Shown: positions 26,801 through 39,239 of the stretch, piece by piece | Layout of the letters: every line of letters starts with the position of its first letter | Numbering within the stretch: position 1 is the first letter of the stretch | Assembly: GCA_051362555.1 (NCBI GenBank) | Contig: CM120641.1 | Location: 47,126,401 to 47,190,400 of the forward strand | From: Lingula anatina | Taxonomy: Eukaryota; Animalia; Brachiopoda | Direction of reading: 5' to 3' | Length of the DNA: 64,000 bases | The notes under the pieces: model-generated | Databases searched by the model: none | What the model was told of the DNA's origin: nothing | The model's input: the letters and a program-made list of their open reading frames with translations, nothing else | Translations under genes and position numbers: made by a program

Positions 26801-28806
26801 TAATCCCATTCTGTGGTATTTGTGTCCTGGACAAAAAAAATTGAAAAGGCACATTTTTTGATTAAATAAATTTTGCAGTGTTTAACTTGAAAAATGTGAA
26901 AGTTTGCACTACTAAGAGGGAATTTTTTGGCATATATAAAACTAAAAATAAATTTCATTTCCAATGTTAAAATTGAGGTATGAGGAAGTACATGTTCTTA
27001 GGGTAAACACTGAAAATTTAAGTGAGATCTACAAAACACTTTAATTACAATTATATGTTAATCAAAGTCTATATTTTTTAAAAAGTTAAAAAGCTAAAAT
27101 GCTATTTCAAAATAACACAACATATTTTTGTTTCAATATTTTAATTTTTTCTTTAAAAATCACTAACAGATCAGACTTTTGTAGTTGAAGTTGATTGATG
27201 AAAATGATTGTCCATTTTTTCCCAACCATAATGATAATCACCAATATTTCTCAACAAAATGTAATCAATAATTTTTTAAGAATTTTTTAAGACAAAAGTT
27301 TAGGATTGCTCTTATCAATATTCCCACCAAATCTGAACTATTTATGTATTAACCTTTGTGTAAAAACAACTTTAAAAGAGTTAAAAATCCAAATGTAATG
27401 CAAAACAAATACCACAGAATGTCACTTTACAAAATTAATGACAGAAACATAAGGAGATAAGAATTATCTAAAATACAGGTACTTGTTGAAAAGGATACAA
27501 ATAATAACTGGTACAGCAGCAGCCACTTTGCCAACATCATCATCTGTTTGCATAATCTTCTTGATTCTTGCCTTAATAGGAAGAAACATAATTTTCAAAT
27601 TAAAATATGCTGAATACATCAAAGATTTAGCACGATTGTGATATAGTAAGGTTTGTTTAGGTCAAAGCAGATATACTTTAATCATGTTAATTGTCACATG
27701 TTATACAAGAAAACTGCAACATTAATACCTAAAGATTTTCTCCATGCATTTGAAAATCCCCAACAGTCATATTCGTCCCTTGTAAATCTTGTAATATTTC
27801 CAACTCAGAGTCAGGGGCGGATCCAGAAATATTTCCTGACAGTCTTCCATATTATATTTGGTTATCCATTTTCCATTTTTGACCGTCTTCCGACAGAAAA
27901 AATTAGATACCCTTCAATGTAAACTAGAAAATCTGACCGTCTTCCGGAAGACCCAGAAGACGGCCTAAATCCGCCCCTGAGAGTTTAAAAACTATAAAAC
28001 CCTTTAGGTATGTAGTTTACCTGAAGCATACCCTTTGCTTTAGCAATTTTCTTTAATTTGTGAAATCAAAACAATGTGTGTGATGGCAGATGTTGTTTTA
28101 ATGACTGCCTAGTCTAGTCATTTTAAACTAAATCTTAACACAAAAAATTGAACAAAACATTGAATCCAAGAGCAGGGATGGGTCAAACAATAATTCATGA
28201 GTAAGAAGAAATTGCCCTTTACCCGAGGAAAATTCATTTTGGCAGGAAAATTGGCCTTTAACCACAGTTAACCAAACACGTGCTGACATATCATCAATTA
28301 ACGTCTAGAGCCAATTACTTACTTTACATATCAACAAAACAAAATTCTCATTGAGCAATGAAAACTTCAAGAACAGTATAGAAAACTCATGGGTGATGTA
28401 ATCCGGAGAGACACAGTAAATCTACTGAGTAAATAGAAATATTTAACCACTACAGGTAACATAATGCGGGTTTTGATGGAGTAAATAAAGGGAGGGAAGC
28501 TGTCTGCACGTCTCAGGTAGAGGCTAAAATTACACCAGCAGCTTCATTCACCCATGAAGGACGCTAAAATAAATTGGTTGATGGAAACTTAAATATAGGA
28601 GTGAAAATGCTGAAGTCTGATATCTACTGGATTTGACTGTGAAGTGTTAATGTTACCGCAACTTGACAGTGCATGAGCAAATAACAGCTGATGAATTTAT
28701 TCGCTAGAACACATGCGTCTCTTCTCAGAATTGTGATGTCGTTCACAGAATACGAAGTACTTACCGGGGGGAATCTAGCATTGTATTTTTTCTTTTTGCT
28801 TGGCAT
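23801..28806 (-). CDS. DRAP1: Dr1-associated corepressor (NC2 alpha)
   Basis: Exons 28765-28806, 27499-27571, 26249-26342, 25820-25984, 25445-25541, 24681-24829, 23801-23984. [45 protein letters not shown]...FDFLRDLVASIPD is the NC2-alpha histone fold; acidic and Pro-rich tail ends DDDYDT. Confidence 0.96.
26343..27498 (-). other. U12-type (minor spliceosome) GT-AG intron in DRAP1
   Basis: 5' splice site GTATCCTTTT; branch-site-like TTTTCCTCAAC about 10 nt before the terminal CAG; no long polypyrimidine tract. Confidence 0.9.
26488..27052. repeat. Two-copy ~283-bp tandem duplication
   Basis: 26488-26770 repeats at 26771-27052; by eye only one substitution and one homopolymer indel differ. 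Confidence 0.9.
27812..27979. mobile_element. Non-autonomous DNA transposon with 5-bp TSD
   Basis: TIR CAGGGGCGGAT ... ATCCGCCCCTG; AGAGT on both flanks; internal repeats of GACCGTCTTCC / GAAGAC. Confidence 0.7.
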
Positions 28807-30431
28807 TTTGATTAAGAGTTAACCCAACTTTGACCTGCCAACAAATATTACGACAGGAAGCGGAATTACACTTCATATGCACTCTCGTACTCTAACAAAG
28901 GAGAGCAAGACAAACCACTGCAGATCATCTCTAACACATTCAACACAATCACCTGAACTGCTGTGCAGTGAGTGTTATTTGCATATACTACGTAATTTGC
29001 ATGAGGAAAAATGTGTGCATTTTTTGTAAACTTTGGAGGTAAATTTCATAAACCTAAGATATATTTGCAAATGTAACAAGTAATGTTTTAACATTATCTT
29101 AAAAGATTGATATTATTTTTTTATAACATTGATTATCAACACGTATAACGTTTTTTACATAACAGTTTTTAAAATCGATGTATCTATAGGTTATAAAAAA
29201 CATGCGTACTGTTACAGGTGCAACGATAAGCACTAATCTATGGTTTGCAACGTTAATATTATAAAGATAATGATAATAAAATAGTAATAATAGCTGATGT
29301 TGTTGCCGTTGTAGTTGTTATCATTATTGTTCTTGTTGTATAATCATATGTGTTATTATAATTATGATTACATGTAAATCTCTAGTTTGGAAGATAACTG
29401 GACATATAGAGTTTAAGCAATGTTATGTTTTTTCATTATTTTGCCAGACTTGCGAAAATTTTAACGAACGTTGCTTATCACGAGAAATCATAGCCTACTG
29501 GTCACAGCTTAATCTTCTTTTTAATTATTGGTACTCCAGAAAAATATTAATTTATAGAAATTTTTTTTAAAAAATACGTATGTTCATAAATAAAGAAATT
29601 TAAAGAAAAAAACAACAAAAATCAGTCCTATTAACAATATGACATCCAAGAATTCTTGCACAGTAAAAAAATAAAGTTCCTACATTGTCCCTCTTCAGTG
29701 GGCATTGTTCACACATGTACTAAAATACTATTTAGTCAAAATGCTCATACATATAGATCATTTTAATGTATCCCTACTCTTTACAGTAATTTAGCACAGC
29801 AATTTCGGATAATGCACCTAAAACTAACAATTTTGGCATTTACTGACCTGCAACTTTAGCAAGCAGCTTAAAACAAGTCGTGATTGGTGCATCTTTGATC
29901 GGATTAAAACTATGTCCACCTGGGGTATTCCCGGAGAGATAAATCGTACAGGACGTTATTTCAGCAGTACACAGCGGGACTACGTACGTATACTACTTGA
30001 GTAAATTTTATTACCAACCGTTGTTAAATCTTTTCTTGGTTGTTGACAAATTCTCAGAGGTAGGCGACATTGCATTTACCTAATATGTTTGATTTTTCTA
30101 TTATTAATTATTTCTAATCGGAAGTTTTAGAAAGACGACTGTAATCATTTCATTTTCCTCACTGAAACGCGATTCGACTGTTTCCTAAGTAGTTGTTGAA
30201 GTGGCCTGGTACTTAAACAGTTTAAAAGACACCAATACCTTAAACACTTGGAATAAACAATAAACTTTAGAGTGTGAAAAACGTTACATCATCTTACTAC
30301 AATAAGCTCAGGCGAATAAAGTTTTTACCCAGAATCAAATGTGGAGATCGGTACGTGTAACCGAACATTATGACCTACATTTTATTGAAGATAGTCTACA
30401 CATTATAAAGTTTACTAGCTGTTTTACCAGG

Positions 30432-33400
30432 ATGAATAACGCAGGGATGTTAGTTGCGGCGATACTGTTGCTATACGCCGGAGAATCGAGAGGCTATGGC
30501 ACGGGTCCCCCAGAAATCGCTTGTTCCTCCATGAGGCCAAGCCATTACGGGGCAAGGGATCCATTCACTCCGTCTCCTTACACCATCACCCTGAGCAAAC
30601 AGAAATACAAAGCAGGAGAGAGTATAGATGGTATCAATAGCTTGCTTCATTATTTCCAAATTTATAAATTTATAAATTTTTTATAGTCTGTATACCATAT
30701 GCTCAATATCTAGTAGTAGTTAGCTCTAATTTTTTTTCGGTTTCAATTTTTTAATCTATCCAAAGGTTTTGATACTGCGCCAAAGTGAATTCTGGATTGT
30801 TTAAGACACATTAATACCAAGATAGAATGTCCTTTTATTAGTTAGTTGAGATTGTATTGTGTTTAAATTTGGATTGCTTAAGACACATTAATGCCAAGAT
30901 AGAATGTCCTTTTATAAGTTAGTTGAGATTGTATTGAGTTTAAATTTGAAATAATGTATCTTAAATATTTATCAACACTAAATTAAACTGACACATTTAC
31001 GCCGCAAACCTGATGTTAGCGTTGCTTTATAAGTTATTAAGTTTTACGTTCGTCTGTCTGCATGCGCACTTAATTATTACCACATACACATTTCACTACT
31101 TCTACTAAAACTACTGAGAGCGGAACTAAATTTCTTTTGAAAGAAGGACAAAACCTTCAAAAATACCACATGATATTTTGTGTAAAACTGTACTTTTTTT
31201 ATACAAAGACTGAAACCCCTTTTAATCACAAGAATATCATCGGACTTTTCAAATCAAGGAACGGCAACGACAAAGGACGTGCATTAGGTAGTCTTGTTTG
31301 GTCGGCTTGCCTAACTATAGGTGTGGTCATTGTCTTAAATATATCTCAGTTTTGAAAGGCTATTGAATTGATTAATATATTTAAAAAAAAATTATTAATT
31401 TATTTCAGTGACCCTGAAAGGTGCAAACGGAGAGAAATTCAAGGGTTTCTTTGTGCAAGCTCGTAAACATAACTCACAGTCCGTTATACCAGTTGGAACA
31501 TTCACTGAAGTCACCAGTGTGGGCTCGAAGAATTTGTGCAAGCAAAGAAATGGAGTAAGTATGGCAAAATAATTAGTAATTTAAAGATATATCGACATAC
31601 TTATTCTTACTTACCCTATATGACCGTGTATATCTGGGGTTTGTAGACAGTGACACCACTGTCAGTGTATTTTTCTTTCAATTAAATCTTATAACTGAGA
31701 AGTCTAACATCGAACGAAATATTTGTGCTGTCAATGCAAATTATCACCTGTAACATGTTGGTATCAATCCGATCAATTATTCCACAATAAAAGGGAATGT
31801 TGTAAGGCTTACAAAGACACCATTGGTGTTGTCAAGAATGTTTTACAATATTGAAAAATGATCAATGTGTGGAAAGTAGCAACCAAGCTAATTTTGCCTT
31901 TATAACCAAAAGGAAAGCATTTCTGTGAAAAAAGTTTACAGATAAGAACATTGGAGGCCCGATTATTAGGCCTATGGGAGTGGCAACCCCATTTTTTATG
32001 TCGCTTTTTCTAGAATGGTTGTGTCGCTTATAAAATTCTGATTTATAATGTACAAAGAGTGAATCGTTTTATATTTCTGAGATTTAATAGAGGTGCTGGC
32101 AATGAATTGTGCAAGTGCTTTCGATTGAAATCCCCCCCCCCCCCCCCCGTCCCCCGTGAAAACAACAACACGTACATGACAGGACACGGGTTCATCTAGC
32201 ATCCGCCTGTTAAAGTCATCACAACAGTAAACCTCAATTTGAATACAACAAACTGGCCTAACTACTCTGTTCTCTGAATGACCATGGATGATAGGCCTAA
32301 ATGCTTTCCGGAAATTTCTTTCATTATTTCTATTATCTATGTAAGGTTATTTTACAAGATTTTCTAACGCCACACGGTTTAATGCCTATATCAAGGCTGG
32401 ATTTGTAGTCGACTATAGAAGGAATCAAGTTTCTAGCTAGATAATCCCTTCGTCAGCATTTCTTACATTTGTTATTAAAAGAGGACGATTTTTTTCGAAG
32501 GTCATTGCTGACGTGAAATCACCTTTGACAATCACCGAAATTAATCAAACGCCCAAGTACAACTGTAGGCCTACATAATAATAATAATAAAAATATATTT
32601 CAGCTTGAAATGATACATATTAACATTGATGGCTATATTTTAGTCAGGTCGCAGCCTGTATTTATACTGCGCTGGAACCAATGAATAATGAATGATAATA
32701 AAATCGGCTTCTGTGGTCATCGCTCGTTTGAGACCGGAAAAGTAGGCTAGAATTTGCGTATTAAAGCCGTTTTCAAATCTGGTGCCGATTTATTATTAAA
32801 CCGATGTTGAACCACACGTTTATAGAAAGATCAAACCTTCAGGAGTTTACAGGTGCCAAAAAAGAAGCTTAAATTAAATCTGAGAATAAATCGACCTGAA
32901 GGCCCATTTTTCTGGCCGATTTTGGTTGAACATTCTTGAAAATACATTCTTGGCGTTTTGTACAATGTTAGATTTTAAATTATCCGTTTTCCATTCTCGG
33001 CATTCATGTGAGCACTCAAACATTTTTATATGTTTAAATTTTAAAATATCAACCGTTTACCATTCAGGATCATGGCATAAGTCACTCCAATCCCAATCAG
33101 AAGTCGGAGGTAGTACTCAGGTGGACTGCTCCAGCAAAATCTGCAGGTGACATAGTGTTCAGGTGAGATTATACTGCATCAAACCAGCTTGTTATCACAA
33201 TAATAATAATAAATAGTATAAATAAAATACGAGCTAAGTCACTGCAGTGTGTTTTACATTGATTAAAAGAGAATAACACGATAGCTAGTTCTTATATGCT
33301 GCTTTCATTGCTTTCAAGATGTATAGCACTTTTGTAACGTTTTCCATTTCTTTATTTCATTAATACCCCGTTTTGTAATAACTTCAACAATATTAATGTA

Positions 33401-33678
33401 CATGACCATTACAAGTTCAGTGCGAGGTATCAGTTTTAAATGACTGCACGGGCACCCCAACAACAGGGTAGCAAACACAAGTTCTTTGCATACATTTTAA
33501 TGTATATAATGCTATTTTTCTAATATCGTTTTGTATGTGTGATTGTATAAAACTTAATATCTGTTTAAAAATATCTGCTTTCAGAGTCACAGTAGTTATG
33601 GCTTATGACACTTTCTGGGACAATCAAGAGTCTGCAGTGGTGAAAGAGGTTAATTCTTCTGGTGCAGTCATTGGATAG
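30432..33678 (+). CDS. Secreted single Reeler-domain protein (putative defence protein / ferric-chelate reductase N-terminal-like)
   Basis: Exons 30432-30630, 31409-31554, 33068-33162, 33585-33678. Signal peptide followed by YGTGPPEIACSSMRPSH, FKGFFVQAR, VGTF, ISHSNPNQKSEVVLRWTAP, IVFRVTVVMAYDTFW. Upstream UTR donor at ~30060; AATAAA at ~33768. Confidence 0.9.
30794..30948. repeat. Two-copy ~76-bp tandem duplication in Reeler intron 1
   Basis: TGGATTG(T/C)TTAAGACACATTAAT...GTTTAAATTTG occurs twice in tandem. Confidence 0.85.
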
Positions 33679-34069
33679 ACAAGTTGTGATGACATGGGCT
33701 ACATCATTTAAAAGCACTGTTATCTGTAAATTCACATTCTGGAAAATGTGATTTAAAATTATGATGGAATAAAAGATCCAAATCCACTAAAAGCATTCAG
33801 AGTTTTTATCTACATTTTTCTTTTTCGCTTCTCTAATATTTCTTCACAGCTATCACCATAAACAGTCTTCTGGCTGGTCTTCTATCATCTAGTATGGTTG
33901 TCTGTAGGCCAGTGACAGCATCAGGCCTGGTGCATTCTAGTACCTAGCCCAAAAGGTGAAAATCTACTATCACTTGAGGGTGCCATCACACAAGTCTGTG
34001 CACTGGTCTTCCATAACACAGTTGTGTCCCCACTGCTATGATGTCACATAACAGTCTGATGGCACACAG

Positions 34070-34640
34070 TAGTCTGCCCACTGGACTTCAATCACTTCTT
34101 AATCTTCCCACTGGATTGCAATCACTTCTTAGCCTGCCCACTGGCCTGCAATCACTTCTTAGTCTGCCCATTGGATTGCAATCACTTGTTAGTCTGCCCA
34201 CTGGCCTGCAATCACTTCTTAGGCTGTCCACTGGACTGCAATCACTTCTTAGTTTGCCCACTGGATTGCAATCACTTCTTAGCCTGCCCACTGGTCTGCA
34301 ATCACTTCTTTGTATGCCCATTGAATTGCAATCACTTCTTAGTCTGCCCACTGGATTGCAATCAATTCTTAGCCTGTCCACTGGATTGCAATCACTTTTT
34401 AGTCTGCCCACAGAATTGCAATCACTTCTAAGTCTGTCCACTGGATTGCAATCACTTTCTTGGTATGCCCACTGGATTGCAATCACTTCTTAGTCTGCCT
34501 ACTGGACTACAATCACTTCCTTGTCTGCCCACTGGATTGCAATCACCTCTTACTCTGCCTACTGGATTGCAATCACTTCCTAGGCTGTCCCATGGCATTC
34601 AATGGCTTAGTAGTCTGCCCACTGCCCTGCTATCACTTCC
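34070..34640. repeat. 30-bp minisatellite (~19 units) overlapping the IARS2 stop codon and filling its proximal 3' UTR
   Basis: Plus-strand unit TTAGTCTGCCCACTGGATTGCAATCACTTC; minus strand reads GAA GTG ATT GCA ATC CAG TGG GCA GAC TAA. Confidence 0.92.
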
Positions 34641-37600
34641 ATGCACCTGTCACATGGCTGTGTAGAGGAGGCAGCCAGATATCTGTAGCACCTTGGACAC
34701 TTGTGATTCTCAGCGGGAAGAATGACTAGAGTATAAGGCTCTTCTTTTGTGCTGCCATCTGAAAGAAACATATTTAATCAAGTTAAAACACACACACATT
34801 GTTTTCTGTTGCACAGTGTGTGTTTGCTAAATAACAAGCCAGTTTCAACTGACAACAACAAAGTACAGACAAAGTAAACAAAATCCTGTTCAAAACTGCA
34901 TTTTTTCACACCAAATTCATGATACCTCTTTAAAACACTGATACGCAAAAAAAGAAGTTTAATGATTATAGCACTGGTCACTATCAATGTCATGATAACA
35001 GTAATAAGGAGGAGATGAAGAATAATTTCTTCAAAACTGTATCCATAAAGACAGTATGTTTACTACCACAAATTAATAGCCATGCCTGTTGTACTAAAAT
35101 AGCACAAAACCCTTACCTTTATGTTTAAATGGCCACTTTCCAGAGACAATTTGAGAGTCATCAGGCAATATTGGGGGTGGTTTCCCCAGGACAGTAGTTA
35201 CAGCTGCTTGGAAGACCTCATTCAGAGGAGAAGTACAGCTGGGATAGCCCTCTGGCTGAAATACCTGAGAGAAGAGATTTTATCATAAAACTTATCTAGG
35301 ATAATTAATAGAAACCTCAAGTTGCAATATCTGTGTTAATGCCACATGAAACAAGTATATAAGTTCTTTTGTCAATGTAAAATGTAAGCTAAATTTACTC
35401 CATTCCAGTATATCCAATCATGTATAACAGTTAGCTGAGAAGTGTAGAGAATACTACGGATTTACATACAACTGAAAATATCCAACAGTTATGATGTCCA
35501 GAATAATAATTCAATAAAATATACTTTCATCCACATGCTCTGTTTCCTGATGAACTTAACCCGACGTTGTATAAGTGACATGTAAATTAATCACAGAAAT
35601 CCTACTATTACCTTCATACAGTTCCGCAGTGGTGAAGATGTGTGAATCACCACATCAAACTCCTTGGCCTGAGAGTTGTTATCCAGAGCATAGTAGAACT
35701 TCTCCCTCAGTCCCAGCACTATCTCCATGACTTCACTTATATCAGGGTTGTTCCAGCTGGGGTCACACTTGAACCAGCCTGATTTGAACACACTTCTTTC
35801 TCCTTGGATCAAAAAGCAAAACCAGGATTATATAACAGCTGGACAGCACTTCTGACTAATCATAATATATTATTTTAAAATAGCTTCACATGTAAGATTG
35901 AATTGTTGCAAGACAAAATATTAAAATCTGTGTTTTGCCCAGCACTTTGAATTCATAAAATTCTGTGATATGTATGCAAAAAACTTATAAATTCTATCAC
36001 TTTCTCTCACACACACCTTGTATGATTGGCAGAGAGGAATATGTTCCCTCAGCGATATGTGGAGTAATAGGAGCCAATGTGTGCAGTAAAGTGTCTGTGA
36101 GATACCAGAACACTGTCAGTGCTGAGAGCCGAGACACACTGTATTTTTCACTACAAAGTAGTCTGAAATAATGAAGAAAATGTTTATTCATATTATATCA
36201 GTGCATTACTTTTCACATTCTCAACATTCAATAACATTTCATTCAATTTCCGAGGGTTAAAGCCAATTTATACATGATTAAATAAGATAATGCAAGTGCT
36301 ATTTATATTACTTATAAAAACATGTTCTGGGTTATATGCAGATTTTTCTTCGGTAATACTGTGAACAACAACATTGTATATCATACCTGTCTTTCGTTAC
36401 ATGGCAGTAAAAAGAAGACAATTCATCTATAAAGTTTTCCGTTCTGTTTAAGACTCTAGCAAATTCGTAATTTTCATAGGCGGAAGTTGTCTGAAATACG
36501 CAAAGGGTGCACTAGAACCTGATAACAAACTTCACATCACTGATTCTGAGGGAACATTTGTACCAGAAGTCTGTTTATTGTCATTTTTAAAATTTTTAAG
36601 CTGGATAATCACCGTCTTTTCATTCAATTTTTACAAATTAAAGACTAAATGCAGCACTTACTTTATGACTAAACTGATACAATAAATGCAGCATATACTT
36701 GTCTTGGGGGAGTAGCTGTGTGTATTCAACTAGTTTGTCTGAAGAATCCAGATCTTGAATGTTTCCTACCAAATACCTGAGAACTTTGCTTATCTGAAAT
36801 GATAATATCAGAAAACCCACAGTTCAAATGTAACTAATTGATAAGATTAGCATCTTTATCAAAACTGAAAGGTTACTCAGCTCCAAAATTTAAACAATGA
36901 TGAAGAAATTTGATTTCTAATCTCAAAAATTTTTATTAACCATCATTAACATTCTGAAATGTTACCATTCTTGTTTAAATGTAATCAACTAAAAAGATGC
37001 AATCATACCTTTAACAACCTGGTGTTGTGTTTCTTAAGTATGCTGGGGCCTATACTGACTTGGTTATCTTGGTAATTGTACGCAGCCCAGTAGCGCAATA
37101 AATCAATACCAAATGCTGGCTCGTTTTCTTTGTCCTAGTCATAACATAGAATTCAAAATGTTTAAGCTGCAGGGTGTAAAAAACTTCGAACTTCCACATC
37201 TGAAAACTTGTTTTCATTGTCAATCTTACTTTTACTGGAAATCAGTTTATAATAAGAGTCAAAGCATGCAGGCAAATAAAATGCATGTATAACACAAGTG
37301 CAGGTAATGGTTAAAACAAAAGCTGAGATGCACCAGTGACTTCAAACACCAATCATAAACCAGGGGTAATACAGACGACATCTTAGGCATGGATGAGACA
37401 AGACAATCACTAAAATGAAAAATAATTCTGTATCTTGTATGTCTGTTTTTATAATTTGTACTGTAACAAAAAATATCAATAAAAAACACTTTAATTCTCA
37501 TTATTGCAATCATCTCAATGGTACTATTCATAATAAAACTTTAATTCTTTAAATGTGAGACCCACCTTTCCTCCATATATCACAGAATTAGGGTGCACAA

Positions 37601-39168
37601 CATTTCCTACAGACTTGGACATTTTCTTTCCATCTTCATCAGTGACAAATCCATGGACTAACAGTTTCCTAAAGAGTTAATAAAATTCTCAATAAATCTG
37701 ATGTGAAACAGATATACACTTATGTAATATACCTCAACAACACATATAAATAAATAAATAAATTAATTAATATTTTTAAAATGTCTGATAATGCTCCTTT
37801 ATAAATATACAAATACATTCAGTGTCTGTACATAATTATGCATTTAACTACCATTTAAGCACCTATTCATTCAATATAATTTTCTACCAAACAATTAAAA
37901 GACTTGTCATCAAAACAACTTTGTTTTATATTTCATATCATAAAATCAAGAAAAAAATCATTAATTTTGATAAAAAAAACTTTTTTCATTTTCAAATCAA
38001 TATGCCTCTTATGCCATTACCTGTATGGGGATATGTTGTTAACTGCTGTACTTGTCAGCAAAGAGGACTGGAACCATCCACCAAACTGATCATAACCCTC
38101 AGCATAAAGATCAGCTTGGTAACTGTGGTCTGTAAAGACAGTTGTTTTTTAATAAACTGATCATAACCCTCAGCATAAAGATCTGCTTGGTAATTGTGGT
38201 CTGTAAGGACAGTCGTTTTTTAATAAGCTAAACATAGCCCTCAGCATAAAGATCAGCTTGGTAATTGTAGTTTGTATAGACAACCTTTTTTAAGTAAACA
38301 AAAGTTTAGACTATAAATTAAAATGATATTTCAATCATTTAAATGGAAGCTACTGTCACAAATGCCAAACCCTTATTATGCTCAAATTAACACAGACATT
38401 TTTGTCAAATACTTAAATTTTACTTTGGATTTTGAAAAATGTTTTCTACTCAATCACTATTTAAAACAAGTCATTTACCTAAAACAAAGCATGTGCAAGG
38501 CTGACATAAAATTTAACTGATTCAAACTTCAAGCACAATTAATCATGGCAAGTAGACTAGCACATACTTATTAGGGCACCTGCTAATATGAACTACTGAC
38601 ATTAATTCTATCGACTCTTGACTCCTACCTTTAAGAACAGTGGCCCAAGAGGTCCCGCTGTCAAACCAGATATCCAAGATGTCCTCCCCCTTCTCATACA
38701 CTGCATTAGGGTCAAAACCACTCTGATAAATAATAAAATGCATTCAAATGACACTGATGTTACTTTCAATTTAATTTCAATTGGCATCAAGATATCAAGG
38801 ATGGTACATGTATAACATAAATTTAAAGAAATATTCAGAGAAACAGATTCAATGACATGTAGGCAAGAAGGATGGTGAACGGGTTTTTAACAGGTCATGA
38901 GTAAACTTATTAGAGAGCTTGAGAGTCACTTGTTAACCAAGACTAAATAAAAGATTACCTTTTCAAGAACATCTTTTGGGAATAACTGTTCAAAGGGAAG
39001 TTTCCACCAGCAGTCTGAGCTATGCTGTCTAACTAGATGGATGATATGTTCTATTGAAGCACTGGAATGATATATATAATGATCAAAGATTTTTTTCTCC
39101 CAGAAAATATTTAAATAGTAATAACATAGGTACTTTGGAAATTAGATGGTGAGTGGGTGATTTCTTTC

Positions 39169-39239
<71 letters not shown>

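Noticed and set aside
34070-34640. CRISPR-like array
   Set aside because: Units are contiguous with no unique spacers, there are no cas genes, and the context is eukaryotic.
34038-34729. Repeat ORFs (LPTGLQSLLS)n, (CPLDCNHFLV)n and (SDCNPVGRLR)n resembling LRR/FNIP or Cys-rich proteins
   Set aside because: They are alternative frames of a 30-nt DNA repeat whose unit matches the IARS2 C-terminus; a 1-nt insertion breaks them and there is no independent gene structure.
35545-35580. CTGATGA motif suggesting a second hammerhead or C/D snoRNA
   Set aside because: No stem II plus GAAA box and no convincing D box with terminal stem nearby.
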